From contig CAWEEQ010000001.1 of assembly GCA_963808235.1 (NCBI GenBank), positions 288,001 to 352,000 on the forward strand: 64,000 nucleotides of DNA, written 5' to 3'. The notes beneath the pieces were generated by a model, which saw only the letters and a program-made list of their open reading frames with translations, was not told the origin of the DNA and searched no databases. Positions 48,791 to 58,234 of the stretch are shown here, piece by piece (position 1 is the stretch's first letter; every line of letters begins with the position of its first letter). The DNA comes from an uncultured delta proteobacterium. GTDB taxonomy: Bacteria; Desulfobacterota; Binatia; Binatales; Binataceae. Both the position numbers and the translations under genes were made by a program.

Positions 48791-49099
48791 ATGAACATGA
48801 AACGGATCACAATTGCTCTGCTGGCCTGCGTTGTCCTGGCCGGTTGCGGTCACAAAACCCTCAGCGGCACCTATTTGCCGAAGGGCGGCGGGGTCGGCAA
48901 TGGCATCACCATGGAAAAGATGGAATTCGAGGGTGACCAAGTTACCCTGACCATGTTGGAGCAGAAATTCCAGGTCAGCTACAAGATCGACGGCAAGCAC
49001 CTGCTGCTCAGCATGAACGGGCAGCAACTGGTCTTCGACATTCTCGATGACGGCTGCCTCGACGGGGGCGGCAACTTCGGCAAGTTCTGCAAATCTTGA
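48791..49099 (+). CDS. Small lipoprotein
   Basis: GGGAG RBS; MKRITIALLACVVLAG-C lipobox; LSGTY beta-rich body with a C-terminal Cys pair. Confidence 0.8.
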   Translation: MNMKRITIALLACVVLAGCGHKTLSGTYLPKGGGVGNGITMEKMEFEGDQVTLTMLEQKFQVSYKIDGKHLLLSMNGQQLVFDILDDGCLDGGGNFGKFCKS

Positions 49100-49121
49100 T
49101 CGGCGGTAGCGGTATTGGTTG

Positions 49122-49286
49122 ATGGCGCAAAAACTCTGCATGGTGAAATCTCTTGAGACCAGCGACATGGAACAGCAACTCCGCTACGAGCTGTCCAATA
49201 TTCGGATCGCCTTCAGTAGCGAGGACGCCCAGGAAGCCCGCAAAGCCTTCTTCGAGAAACGCCACCCCGTCTTCAAGGGAAGATAA
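49122..49286 (+). pseudogene. C-terminal remnant of an enoyl-CoA hydratase
   Basis: Hand translation MAQKLCMVKSLETSDMEQQLRYELSNIRIAFSSEDAQEARKAFFEKRHPVFKGR* matches the crotonase C-terminal signature; the rest of the gene is absent. Confidence 0.75.
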
Positions 49287-49375
49287 AAACAAGCAGAGAA
49301 CTCAGACAACCTGGGCGCGGCCTTCCCGCCGGCTTTTGACACATCACGAGCGGATCAAACGAAAGGAAGGAAGCA

Positions 49376-49882
49376 ATGTATTACCAAACCATTTCGCAGT
49401 GCACGCAGATGCTGAAGAATCTCGAAAGCTGGCTCGACAAGGCTGAGCAGTATGCGGGCGCCAAGACGTTTGATGTCGGCGTCCTGATGACCGGCCGCCT
49501 CGCGCCCGACATGAAGCCATTCATCTACCAAGTTCAAAGCGCATGCGACTACGTCAAGGCGGCGGCGGCTTGGCTCTCAGGGCAGACGCCGCCCAAGCAC
49601 GAGGATAACGAGCAGTCGATCGATGAGGTGCGCGCCCGCATCCGGAAGACCGTCGCATTCGCGGAGAGCGTGACGGAAGCGCAGTACGCCGGTGCCGCCG
49701 AGCGGAAGGTCGGCCTCTCCTGGGCGCCCGGCAAGGTCCTTGGCGGCGAGGACTACCTCCTGCAGATGACGATCCCGAACGTCTATTTCCATATCGTGAT
49801 GGCCTTCGCGATCCTCCGCCACAACGGCGTCGATATCGGCAAGATGAACTTCCTTGGTCCGATCCGTTGGATCGAGGCCTGA
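49376..49882 (+). CDS. DUF1993 family protein
   Basis: WLDKAE, RLAPDM.PF..QVQSACD, PNVYFH...AILRHNGV.IGK..F. Confidence 0.9.
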   Translation: MYYQTISQCTQMLKNLESWLDKAEQYAGAKTFDVGVLMTGRLAPDMKPFIYQVQSACDYVKAAAAWLSGQTPPKHEDNEQSIDEVRARIRKTVAFAESVTEAQYAGAAERKVGLSWAPGKVLGGEDYLLQMTIPNVYFHIVMAFAILRHNGVDIGKMNFLGPIRWIEA

Positions 49883-49955
49883 CTTGTACTTTAGAGGCCG
49901 CACGAAGACGCGGCGTTTAACGTAGCACCGGGCCGACGATTGATCTCGTCGACGA

Positions 49956-50495
49956 TCATACCAACCTGGGCATCCGCTTCGCCGAACTGCCGGGCAGCGC
50001 CGTCCGAAACTCGGAATACGCCGCCACCAGAGCATCAAGCGAGAAACTCCTATTGAGCCCACTCGGATTGGGAAGAACCCAGGCCATCGTGCTTGCAAAT
50101 CCCGTCGCGTGCTGGCCCCACTCGACATCTGGCTGGCCGATCATGGTTGAGAAGGCGCGCTTTCCGAGAAAGGCGATCGAACGAGGAGCATAACGCCGAA
50201 TCTTGGTTTCAAACCCGACTCGAGCCTTGAGGAATTCTCCCGACAACACCTCATCCGCCCGCTTGGTCGGCCGGCCGACGACCGCGGTAATGCCGCAGCT
50301 ATATTCGAGCAGACGACGCTCGTCTTGTGGCTGGAGCCGAATATCCGTGAAACCGGCCAGATGCAGCACCGTCCAGAAGCGATTGCTTCGATTAGAGAAG
50401 TTGTGACCGGCTCTTACGGCACTCGCGGCCGGATTCAGACCGCAGAAAATCACGTCGAGGCCTCTGCCGAGGATATCCGCTTCATATCTGAGCAA
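49956..50495 (-). CDS. mug: G/U mismatch-specific DNA glycosylase
   Basis: DVIFCGLNP, NRFWTVLHLAGFT, IAFLGK, WVLPNPSGLN. Start uncertain (TTG at 50495 chosen). Confidence 0.88.
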   Translation of the reverse strand: MLRYEADILGRGLDVIFCGLNPAASAVRAGHNFSNRSNRFWTVLHLAGFTDIRLQPQDERRLLEYSCGITAVVGRPTKRADEVLSGEFLKARVGFETKIRRYAPRSIAFLGKRAFSTMIGQPDVEWGQHATGFASTMAWVLPNPSGLNRSFSLDALVAAYSEFRTALPGSSAKRMPRLV

Positions 50496-50837
50496 GCTAC
50501 ACGCCCGTCCGCCGGCCCGGCGAGTCGCTACGCAGCGAGCGACCGGCAACTCAGCACGAGTTTCATCCAAAAGTTGCGGTCGGTAAACTGCTCTGTCGTC
50601 ACCAGCGAAATATTCGCCACGCTCTGTGACCCGTCGCTTCACATGCTGAATCCGCAGGCGAATCTTCGGCGATGATCGGTGGACCTAGGTAAATCGCGCC
50701 CGGAGAGGAATTGGCCGATCTGCGCAAATCGGAGCAGAGCGAGAGTTCTCCGGGTCAGCGGGTCATCGCAAATCGCGCGCACACGCGCTGATTTCGATCG
50801 ATTCTCTAAGATGGGTGCGCCCCTTGAGACTGAACGA

Positions 50838-50911
50838 TTGCGGGGGAAGGATTTGAACCTTCGACCTCCGGGTTATGAGCCCGGCGAGCTACCAGACTGC
50901 TCCACCCCGCT
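50838..50911 (-). tRNA. Initiator tRNA-Met(CAT), CCA not encoded
   Basis: AGCGGGGTGGAGCAGTCTGGTAGCTCGCCGGGCT-CAT-AACCCGGAGGTCGAAGGTTCAAATCCTTCCCCCGCAA; three G:C pairs in the anticodon stem and an unpaired 1:72. Confidence 0.95.
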
Positions 50912-51021
50912 TTGGCAGTGTATCTGCGGGTTGGTAAGGCGGTCAACATCGAGTGCGTGAAATGCGCGCGGGCGTGTGAAAGCGACGATCTTGCGCGCAT
51001 CGCTTTTCATGACGGCTCCGC

Positions 51022-51201
51022 TCACCCCGCGAGAATTCGGATGTTGCATTCGCGATGCTTTTTGCCGAACTCAATGATCTCTTTTTCGGCGGCGGTGGCG
51101 TCCGGTTTCGTGTCAATAAGCATCAGATGCTTGGCGGCCGCATTGTCGATCCCGTCGGCTTCGACATCCAGGTTGTGGTCGTCACAAATGATAAATGCCA
51201 T
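51022..51201 (-). CDS. 59-aa protein with CxxH...HxxC motif
   Basis: GAGGAG RBS; MAFIICDDHNLDVEADG...FGKKHRECNIRILAG. Confidence 0.7.
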   Translation of the reverse strand: MAFIICDDHNLDVEADGIDNAAAKHLMLIDTKPDATAAEKEIIEFGKKHRECNIRILAG

Positions 51202-51334
51202 TTCGAAATAGCTCCTCGAACCCCTCACCGTATCCCATCTTTTCAGTGAATTGAATCGCGCGCGCCGCCTTTCACGCTTCGCGCGGGATTTGTGGTAATC
51301 GTCACTCAGCAACGAAAACCTGGGAGTTGATTCG

Positions 51335-52492
51335 ATGAGTCTCAAGGGGAAAGCGGCCGCGATTGGAATCGGCGAACTCAAACCGGTCAAGGAACCCGGC
51401 GAGCTGACCGCGCTCGGTTTGATGGCCAAAGTAGCCGCCGAAGCGATCGCGGACGCCGGCCTCGAAAAAAAAGATATCGACGGCTTCCTGGTCGGCGTGC
51501 CGTTTTCCGATCCCGGGATGATCTATCCGGCGGCGGCGGCCGAAGTGCTGGGGCTGAATGTCCGGATGCTGAACCAGGTTGATATCGGCGGCGCCAGTCC
51601 GGCCGGGATGATTTGGCGGGCGGCGGCGGCGATCGATGCGGGCATGTGCAACGCCGTGTTGTGCATCGTTGCTGATCTGAACAAGGCGGGCGATCAGCGT
51701 CCGCCGGTGATTTCGGTGCAGCGCGAGTTCGAGGCGCCCTACGGAAATATCGGGGCGAACTGCGGCTACGCGATGATCGCGCATCGCCATATGCACGAAT
51801 ACGGCACCACAGCGCGGCAAATGGCAAAGGTGGCGGTCGATCAGCGGACCAACGCGCTCAAAAACCCGCTCGCGACTTTCAACGACAAGGCGCTCACAAT
51901 CGAGGAAGTGTTGAGCTCGAGGATGATCGTCGATCCCCTGCATCTTTATGAAATCGTAAGCCCGGTCAGCGGCGGTGCCGCGATAATCGTCGCATCGCCG
52001 GAAGTGGCGAAGCGCGCAAAAAATCCCCCGATATGGCTGCTCGGCGCCGGCGAGTACGCCAATCATTCGAGCATCACCTACGCGCCGTCGATCACCGAGT
52101 CGCCGATCAAGCCGGCCGCCGCGGCCGCGTTCAAGATGGCGGGACTGCTGCCCAAAGACATGGATCTCGTCTGCCCATACGACTGCTACACGATCACCGT
52201 TATAGTCACGCTCGAGGATGCGGGCTTCTGCGCGAAGGGGCGCGGCGGCCCGTTCGTGATGGAGCACGATCTCACCTACGCTGGAGATTTTCCCTGCAAC
52301 ACGCATGGTGGACAGCTGTCGTTCGGGCAGCCGGGCTTGGCTGGCGGCATGAGTCACGTGACCGAAGGAATCAGACAGTTGATGGGCCGCGGCGGCGAGC
52401 GTCAGGTAAAAAATGCGGCGCTCGGCTACGTCAATGGTAATGGCGGAATCATGAGCGAGCAGGCAAGCCTCGTGCTGGAGCGCAGATCATGA
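51335..52492 (+). CDS. SCP-x-type thiolase-like protein
   Basis: AAIGIG, DAGLEKKDIDG, YDCYT, NTHGGQLS; paired with DUF35. Confidence 0.9.
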   Translation: MSLKGKAAAIGIGELKPVKEPGELTALGLMAKVAAEAIADAGLEKKDIDGFLVGVPFSDPGMIYPAAAAEVLGLNVRMLNQVDIGGASPAGMIWRAAAAIDAGMCNAVLCIVADLNKAGDQRPPVISVQREFEAPYGNIGANCGYAMIAHRHMHEYGTTARQMAKVAVDQRTNALKNPLATFNDKALTIEEVLSSRMIVDPLHLYEIVSPVSGGAAIIVASPEVAKRAKNPPIWLLGAGEYANHSSITYAPSITESPIKPAAAAAFKMAGLLPKDMDLVCPYDCYTITVIVTLEDAGFCAKGRGGPFVMEHDLTYAGDFPCNTHGGQLSFGQPGLAGGMSHVTEGIRQLMGRGGERQVKNAALGYVNGNGGIMSEQASLVLERRS

Positions 52493-52887
52493 GCGAGTAT
52501 TACAAACCGCTTCCGAAGCCATCGCCAACCAGCCGTCCCTTCTGGGAAGCTGCCCGGCGTCACGAGCTGCAGATTCAACGCTGCGCTGCGTGCCGCGAAT
52601 ACATCTACTACCCGCGCAACCGATGCCCGAAGTGCTTCTCGGACCAGCTTTCATGGGAGCGCGTGAGCGGACGAGGCAAAGTTTACAGCTACACGATCGT
52701 GCGGCGAGCCTCGAGTCGCGCATTCTCCGATCCGTACGTTCTAGCGATTGTGGAATTGGCCGAGGGCCCGCGAATGACCTCCAACATCGTCGCGCCGCTG
52801 GACCAGGTCCGGGTCGAAATGCCGGTCGAGGTATTCTTCGACGACGTGACTCCTGAAGTTACGCTAGTGAAGTTCAAACCCGCGTAG
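52489..52887 (+). CDS. DUF35 Zn-ribbon/OB-fold protein
   Basis: PFWEAA, CAAC..CPKC, SGRGKVYSYT, VELAEGPRM; ATGA overlap with the thiolase-like gene. Confidence 0.92.
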   Translation: MSEYYKPLPKPSPTSRPFWEAARRHELQIQRCAACREYIYYPRNRCPKCFSDQLSWERVSGRGKVYSYTIVRRASSRAFSDPYVLAIVELAEGPRMTSNIVAPLDQVRVEMPVEVFFDDVTPEVTLVKFKPA

Positions 52888-52894
52888 CGCGCGA

Positions 52895-53575
52895 TCACGC
52901 GAGCAGAACGGCCACGATTCCGGTCAGAAATATTCCGTCGAACGTGCCCGCTCCGCCGATCGATGCGACTGGTGCGCCCAAATCCCGGAGCCGGCCAAGG
53001 TTCAGCAGATCCGCGCCGACTAGCGTGCCCATCACGCCGCTGATGAATGCCACCGCGTCGCGATGATAGTCCGACCCGCCGCCGAGGAAGTACCCGCATA
53101 GGGCGGCCGCGATCGGCGGAATCAGCATCGGGGTCGCGATTCCCAAACCGGGAATGGGCCGCGCGAAACGATGAACGATCGCGCTGACGATTGCGATTCC
53201 AATCAAAGCGGGAATGACTATCCCCGGCCAGTGCATCAGCAGATACACCGAGATCAGCACCGGAACGATCGCGCCGCCGACATTCACCGCAACGATCGTC
53301 GATCCGGGCGCATATGCGATCGGCACCTGGTAGCGAACGCCAAAGCTGCTAATCACATTGGCGGGATGAGGGTTGCTGCTCGCGATGCGCGTGATGGGAA
53401 TATTGATGTAACTGCCGATCAAGCTTGCGAGCAGCGCCGCAAAGGCCGCCTCCGGCGGTAGCCCGATCATCATGAATGCGTAGTTGATTACATGAATCTC
53501 GACCAGGATGAAGAAGAACGCGAGCAGGAAGAAGAACAGGATCGCGTAGAAGAACAGAAACGGCGCGAAAAACAC
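52895..53575 (-). CDS. DUF1614 membrane protein
   Basis: GSYINIP, AVNVGGAIVP, GTLVGADLLNL, SIGGAGTFDGIFLTGI. Confidence 0.9.
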   Translation of the reverse strand: MFFAPFLFFYAILFFFLLAFFFILVEIHVINYAFMMIGLPPEAAFAALLASLIGSYINIPITRIASSNPHPANVISSFGVRYQVPIAYAPGSTIVAVNVGGAIVPVLISVYLLMHWPGIVIPALIGIAIVSAIVHRFARPIPGLGIATPMLIPPIAAALCGYFLGGGSDYHRDAVAFISGVMGTLVGADLLNLGRLRDLGAPVASIGGAGTFDGIFLTGIVAVLLA

Positions 53576-53607
53576 GGCGCGATGATAGCAGGGCGCCCGC
53601 GGGCAAA

Positions 53608-54177
53608 CTATCCGTTCCTGAGCCCGGGGATGAAGCGCCGGCGCGAGCCGAGTGCGTCCGCATATTGTCCGCCCATCGCACGTTCCTCGGCGGGGATTCG
53701 AATCGCGAGAATCAGCGCGTTGCCGATCGAGAATGCGATCGCGGTGAAAATCGCACCGCCGATCATCGGCACCGCGGCTATCTCGATCACTACCGCGAGG
53801 TAGTTGGGATGACGCATGAAACGATATGGGCCGGTCGTCACGGGCGCCCGCTCAGGAGTGACGACGATTCGTGTGTTCCAGCGCTCGCCCAAGGTGGAGA
53901 CCGCCCAGTAGCGGAGTGCTTGCGCGCAGGCCTCCGCGGTCAAAGCGATCCACGCGACTGCGCTCGGAAAGGAATGCGGCAAAACGATCGCCTCCGCCGC
54001 ACATGAAACGATGAACAGCGAATGAAAGGCGACCATGACCCGGTAGTGAGCCTGGCCGACTTCGACTGCGCCGCGCTCAAACGCACGCCGGGCATTGCGC
54101 CGCGCAAGATCGAGCTCGAAAATTCGCTCGACCACCAGCATCGCGAGGATAATCAGATAAGTGCGGAGCGAGATCAC
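53608..54177 (-). CDS. Isoprenylcysteine carboxylmethyltransferase family protein (SrsB/BpsB-like)
   Basis: ERIFEL..ARRN, HYRVMVAFH, LGERWNTRI, GPYRFMRHPNY, RIPAEE; GTGA overlap with the PKS stop. Confidence 0.9.
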   Translation of the reverse strand: MISLRTYLIILAMLVVERIFELDLARRNARRAFERGAVEVGQAHYRVMVAFHSLFIVSCAAEAIVLPHSFPSAVAWIALTAEACAQALRYWAVSTLGERWNTRIVVTPERAPVTTGPYRFMRHPNYLAVVIEIAAVPMIGGAIFTAIAFSIGNALILAIRIPAEERAMGGQYADALGSRRRFIPGLRNG

Positions 54178-55256
54178 CACTTCAGCAGAACCAGCTCGAC
54201 CGAAAACCCCGGGCCCATCCCGATCATCATCCCGTAGTCGCCTGGCTCGGGTATGTGATCTTTCAGCAATTCGTCGAGGATGAATATCACCGAGGCTGAC
54301 GACAGGTTTCCGACCGAGCGCAGCGAACGCCATGAGCGCGCGAGCGCGTCCTCGGGGAGATTGAGCGCCGATTCGAGCGTCTCGAGAACCTTCGGACCGC
54401 CGGCATGCGCAATCCAGTGGCGGATTGCGCCGCGATCGATATCCTGCGTCGCCAGGAACGAATCCACCTCGCCGAGGATGTGCTTGTTTACCAGGTCGGT
54501 GAGTTTCGACGACAACACGATCTTGAATCCGGTGTCCACGATCTCCCAGCCGAGGATCTGCTCGGTGTTGGGAAAGACCAGCGAACGAGTCGCGACGATT
54601 TGCGGCCCCGCGGTTCCGGGGCGATCGCCCGCGCCGATCAGCATCGCGGCCGCGCCGTCTCCGAAAAGTCCCGACGCGATAATGTTTGCGATCGACAGAT
54701 CCTCGCGCTGCAACGTGAGCGAGCACAACTCGATCGATAGCAGCATCGCGACTTCTCCCGGGAACGCGCGAATATAATCCGCGGCGCGAGCAGTTCCGGC
54801 CGCTCCCGCAACGCATCCGAGCCCGAAGATAGGCGTGCGTTTGATCTCCTTGCGCATCCCGAGCGCGCTTATCACGCGAGTGTCGATACTCGGCACCGCG
54901 ATTCCGGTCACCGTCACGAAGAACAGATGATCAACGTCGCGCGGCTTTAAGCCCGCCTGCTCGAGCGCCGCGTGCGCAGCCCGCGTGCCGACCTCGGGCG
55001 CCACCCGCATCCACGCGTCATTGGTCTTCGCGAAGGTGTCGAGCGGAATGTATTGCTCGATCGGCAACGCGAGATGACGTCCGGTGATTCCGAGTGCGCC
55101 CTGGATTTTGTCGAATCGGCGCAGATCCGTATACCGACGCTCCCACAACTCTCGCAGCCGCGCGCTCAGCTGCTCCTGGTCGACATAGTTACCCGGCAAC
55201 GCGGTGCCGGTTCCAATTACGCTGGGTACATTTTGACTAATCACTTCTGGTTGCAT
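54174..55256 (-). CDS. Type III polyketide synthase (SrsA/BpsA-like alkylresorcinol/alkylpyrone synthase)
   Basis: Catalytic triad GLGCVAG, WIAHAGG and GNLSS; LFGDG; GPGF. Confidence 0.92.
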   Translation of the reverse strand: MQPEVISQNVPSVIGTGTALPGNYVDQEQLSARLRELWERRYTDLRRFDKIQGALGITGRHLALPIEQYIPLDTFAKTNDAWMRVAPEVGTRAAHAALEQAGLKPRDVDHLFFVTVTGIAVPSIDTRVISALGMRKEIKRTPIFGLGCVAGAAGTARAADYIRAFPGEVAMLLSIELCSLTLQREDLSIANIIASGLFGDGAAAMLIGAGDRPGTAGPQIVATRSLVFPNTEQILGWEIVDTGFKIVLSSKLTDLVNKHILGEVDSFLATQDIDRGAIRHWIAHAGGPKVLETLESALNLPEDALARSWRSLRSVGNLSSASVIFILDELLKDHIPEPGDYGMMIGMGPGFSVELVLLKW

Positions 55257-55449
55257 GCCGTCCGAAAGCGGTAATCGTGGCGGACTTGGCGAGCTTCTCC
55301 TTCCCCTTCCCGGTCTGTTTATAGGTTAACGTTATCTGCCGGCAATTCACACCACCATCGAATCCGCTTCGCTTTGCGATAATGCCCGGCAACCGCCACT
55401 ATATCGCTCTTGTGCCCAGTGCTGCATCAGTTAAGATCACCCTCCAATT

Positions 55450-56016
55450 ATGAATTCTGAACAACGCGCTGAATTATTGGTGATGCTCGCCCGGGAATCG
55501 TATTTCGAACGCGAACTCACCCTCGCGTCGGGACGTGCATCCAACTATTACGTGGACTGCAAACGCACGCTGTATCTGCCGCGCGGCGCTTTTTTGGCCG
55601 GCGAGCTCGTGTTCGAGCTCGTGATGAACGCGGGTGTGGAACAGCTTGGCGGCATGGCCGCGGGAGCGTTGCCGGTAACGGACGCCGTCATTGCGGCGGC
55701 GCATCGCCACGGCGCCAACTTGCGCGGTTTCTTCGTGCGCAAGGAGACCAAGCAGCACGGGCTGCAGCAAATGGTCGAGGGCGCATTCAAGTCGGGACTC
55801 AAGACCGCTGTGATCGACGATACGATTACCACCGGCGGTTCGAGTCTGCAGGCGGTGACCGCGATGCGCGAAGCGGGCGGGGTCGTGACCACGGCGCTCG
55901 CGCTGGTCGAACGCGGCGAGGGGGCGGTCGAGGCGTTCGCGCGTGCGGGTCTGAAATACAGCTGGGTGTTCACCGCGGAAGAAGTGCGCGCGGAGCGCGC
56001 CGGGCATTCTGCTTAA
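55450..56016 (+). CDS. pyrE: Orotate phosphoribosyltransferase
   Basis: TLASG..SNYYVD, VRKETKQHG, VIDDTITTGGS PRPP motif. Confidence 0.93.
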   Translation: MNSEQRAELLVMLARESYFERELTLASGRASNYYVDCKRTLYLPRGAFLAGELVFELVMNAGVEQLGGMAAGALPVTDAVIAAAHRHGANLRGFFVRKETKQHGLQQMVEGAFKSGLKTAVIDDTITTGGSSLQAVTAMREAGGVVTTALALVERGEGAVEAFARAGLKYSWVFTAEEVRAERAGHSA

Positions 56017-56044
56017 TCTGACCGCCTGATTTCGCTTTTCTCCC

Positions 56045-56926
56045 ATGAGGTTTTCAGGAATCAGTGGCGACATTGCAGTCGCGGCGATTTTTGGCGATCC
56101 GATAGGACAATCCAAATCGCCAGTGATGCACAACGCTGCTTACGCGTCGCTCGGGATGAACCGAACCTACGCGGCGTTTCGCGTCACGCCTCAGAATCTC
56201 GCATCGGCGCTTCGCGCGATTGCTCCGCTCGGAATCATCGGCGTAAATCTGACCGTGCCGCACAAGGAAGCCGCAGCCAGACTCATCAAGGATCTCAGCG
56301 GCGAGGCGCGAATGCTCGGCGCGGTCAATTGCGTAGTGAATCGGCGGGGCACGCTCCGCGGCGACAATACCGATGCGCGCGGTCTCGAGCGGGACTTGCG
56401 CGATCTCGGATGCGAGTTGCGCGGCGGCCTCGCGATCGTGATCGGCGCGGGCGGCGGTGCGGCGGCGTCGGTGCTGGCATGCGTCCGCCTCGGTGCGAAC
56501 CGGGTCGTGATCGCAAATCGCACGCCTGCTCGCGCCGCGGCGCTCGCCCGCCGCTTTACGTCGAAACATGTGACCCGCGCGGCTGAGGGTGAGCCTCGCG
56601 GTCTCGACGCGCTTGTTGACGCCGAGCTTCTTGCCGGCGCGCGATTGATCGTCAACGCGACGTCGATGGGGCTCAAGGCGGATCGATTCGCACGTATCGA
56701 TTACGACGCGACCCCGGCGGATTGTCTGTTTTACGATCTTATTTATTCGCGGGAGCCGACCGCATTCCTGAAGCCGGCGCACGCGGCCGGGCGCCGCGCG
56801 ATTGATGGCGCCGGGATGCTGGTAAACCAGGGCGAACTCGCATTCAAGCTGTTCAATCGCATCGCACCGCCGGCAGGCGTGATGCGCTCGGCTCTGCTGA
56901 CTTCGCTCGGCCGCCAGGTCGAGTAG
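56045..56926 (+). CDS. aroE: Shikimate dehydrogenase
   Basis: SKSPVMHN, NLTVPHK, GAVN, GDNTD, GAGG, NATS.G, YDLIY, GAGMLVNQG. Confidence 0.95.
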   Translation: MRFSGISGDIAVAAIFGDPIGQSKSPVMHNAAYASLGMNRTYAAFRVTPQNLASALRAIAPLGIIGVNLTVPHKEAAARLIKDLSGEARMLGAVNCVVNRRGTLRGDNTDARGLERDLRDLGCELRGGLAIVIGAGGGAAASVLACVRLGANRVVIANRTPARAAALARRFTSKHVTRAAEGEPRGLDALVDAELLAGARLIVNATSMGLKADRFARIDYDATPADCLFYDLIYSREPTAFLKPAHAAGRRAIDGAGMLVNQGELAFKLFNRIAPPAGVMRSALLTSLGRQVE

Positions 56927-56933
56927 TGCCGCG

Positions 56934-58169
56934 TCAGAAGACGTCTATCGTCGGGAATTTTCCATTTCCGTCGATGCAGTCCCACAGATATACGGCCAGG
57001 CCAAGATCGCCTGTCCACAGCGAATATTTGCGCTGACCGTACTTCTCGAACCAGCTATCAGCCTGACCTATCGCATGCGTCGCGAATTTGCGCGCCCGGT
57101 CGAGCCACTTGTCGTCACGGGTCCGATTGAAGAGCTTCAGGAAGGCGTAACCACTTCCCGCTGCGCCATGACACAAACTCGGAAATTTGATCGTCGGTCC
57201 GGCAGCCCAGATCAGCTCACCGCCGCCTTCGAGCAACGCATCAACGGGCCATCGCGGATCTTTCGGAAATTCAGCAAGGCAGCTGATCACTCCCGGCGCG
57301 CCGTTGCAGTGCTGGACGACCACGGGCAGCGGCTTCGACCGGGTTGTCGATCCGATGTTGTTCGGCCAGTTTGCGTACGAACCTTCTATCAATGCGGTCG
57401 CATTAACAGTCTCATGGATTCGCCGCAATATTTCGTCCTGACGATCCTGCGGGAGCAGATGACGTCCGTGAATCAGTGTAAGCGCGTTGGCGAAAAAACC
57501 GTGCAGCGCCCCGAGGCGCTTTTCGGAAACGCCGTAAAGATCGTGCGTCCACAGATGGCAGCGGAGTTCGTCCACATACTCCCACTCGTCCCATAGCGCC
57601 TCAAAATTGCTGAGAAACAGGTCCTTCCAGCGCGACTCACCCGTTTGTTCATGCATGAACAGCGCGACCAGCATCGCGCCGGCCGTTCCCCAAGCCAACC
57701 CGCGCATGTCGCCAATCTTTGCTTCTATAGCGGCATGGAGCTGCCGCGCGAGATCTTCGGACGGCGCCAGTTTCCATTCGAGGAGAAGAATTCCGGTCTC
57801 GCCGAGCAGGTACGACCAGGTCTCACCACCCATGTATTTGCGCATGTCTTCGTATTTGCGGATATCTTCGCGATAACGCGGAATCAGCTCGCGCACTGTC
57901 GGCAGGTAGTCGCGCTCAAGCGTTATAGTTCCAGCCTCGCTCAGACAATTGAGCGCCCAGATAACTCCGGCTGCACCATAGTAGATAGGCTTCAGCGAAT
58001 CGGGAGGGCGTTCTGCCGACCGGTCAAACGGATGCACAGGCCAAAGCTCTTCGTCGTCAAAGTTTTGCTGCGCGTCAGCGACGATTCGCTCGATAGCGGA
58101 GCGCGCCCGCCCTTCGTCCCAACGCTCGTCGCTTATTTTTTCGTGTCTCGTGGGATCGTAAAGGAGCAT
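56934..58169 (-). CDS. Stand-alone LanC-like protein
   Basis: YYGAAG, LGALHGFFAN, QHCNGAPG, SLCHGAAG (Zn ligands), YSLWTGDLG. Confidence 0.88.
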   Translation of the reverse strand: MLLYDPTRHEKISDERWDEGRARSAIERIVADAQQNFDDEELWPVHPFDRSAERPPDSLKPIYYGAAGVIWALNCLSEAGTITLERDYLPTVRELIPRYREDIRKYEDMRKYMGGETWSYLLGETGILLLEWKLAPSEDLARQLHAAIEAKIGDMRGLAWGTAGAMLVALFMHEQTGESRWKDLFLSNFEALWDEWEYVDELRCHLWTHDLYGVSEKRLGALHGFFANALTLIHGRHLLPQDRQDEILRRIHETVNATALIEGSYANWPNNIGSTTRSKPLPVVVQHCNGAPGVISCLAEFPKDPRWPVDALLEGGGELIWAAGPTIKFPSLCHGAAGSGYAFLKLFNRTRDDKWLDRARKFATHAIGQADSWFEKYGQRKYSLWTGDLGLAVYLWDCIDGNGKFPTIDVF

Positions 58170-58234
58170 GCCGTTCTCCTTCGAGAATTGACCGAGCGAA
58201 GTACGCGGTCCTATGGTACCTGAGAGGTATCACT

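Noticed and set aside
50496-50642. N-terminal extension of Mug in the ORF track
   Set aside because: It has no similarity to Mug and no clear RBS; it is probably an upstream open frame or a remnant.
51335-55256. phlABCD-like (DAPG) cluster from thiolase + DUF35 + type III PKS
   Set aside because: There is no PhlA homolog, the thiolase lacks the catalytic Cys, the units are convergent, and the PKS is paired with an SrsB-type methyltransferase.
56934-58169. Lanthipeptide biosynthetic cluster
   Set aside because: No dehydratase, precursor peptide or exporter is present in the window.
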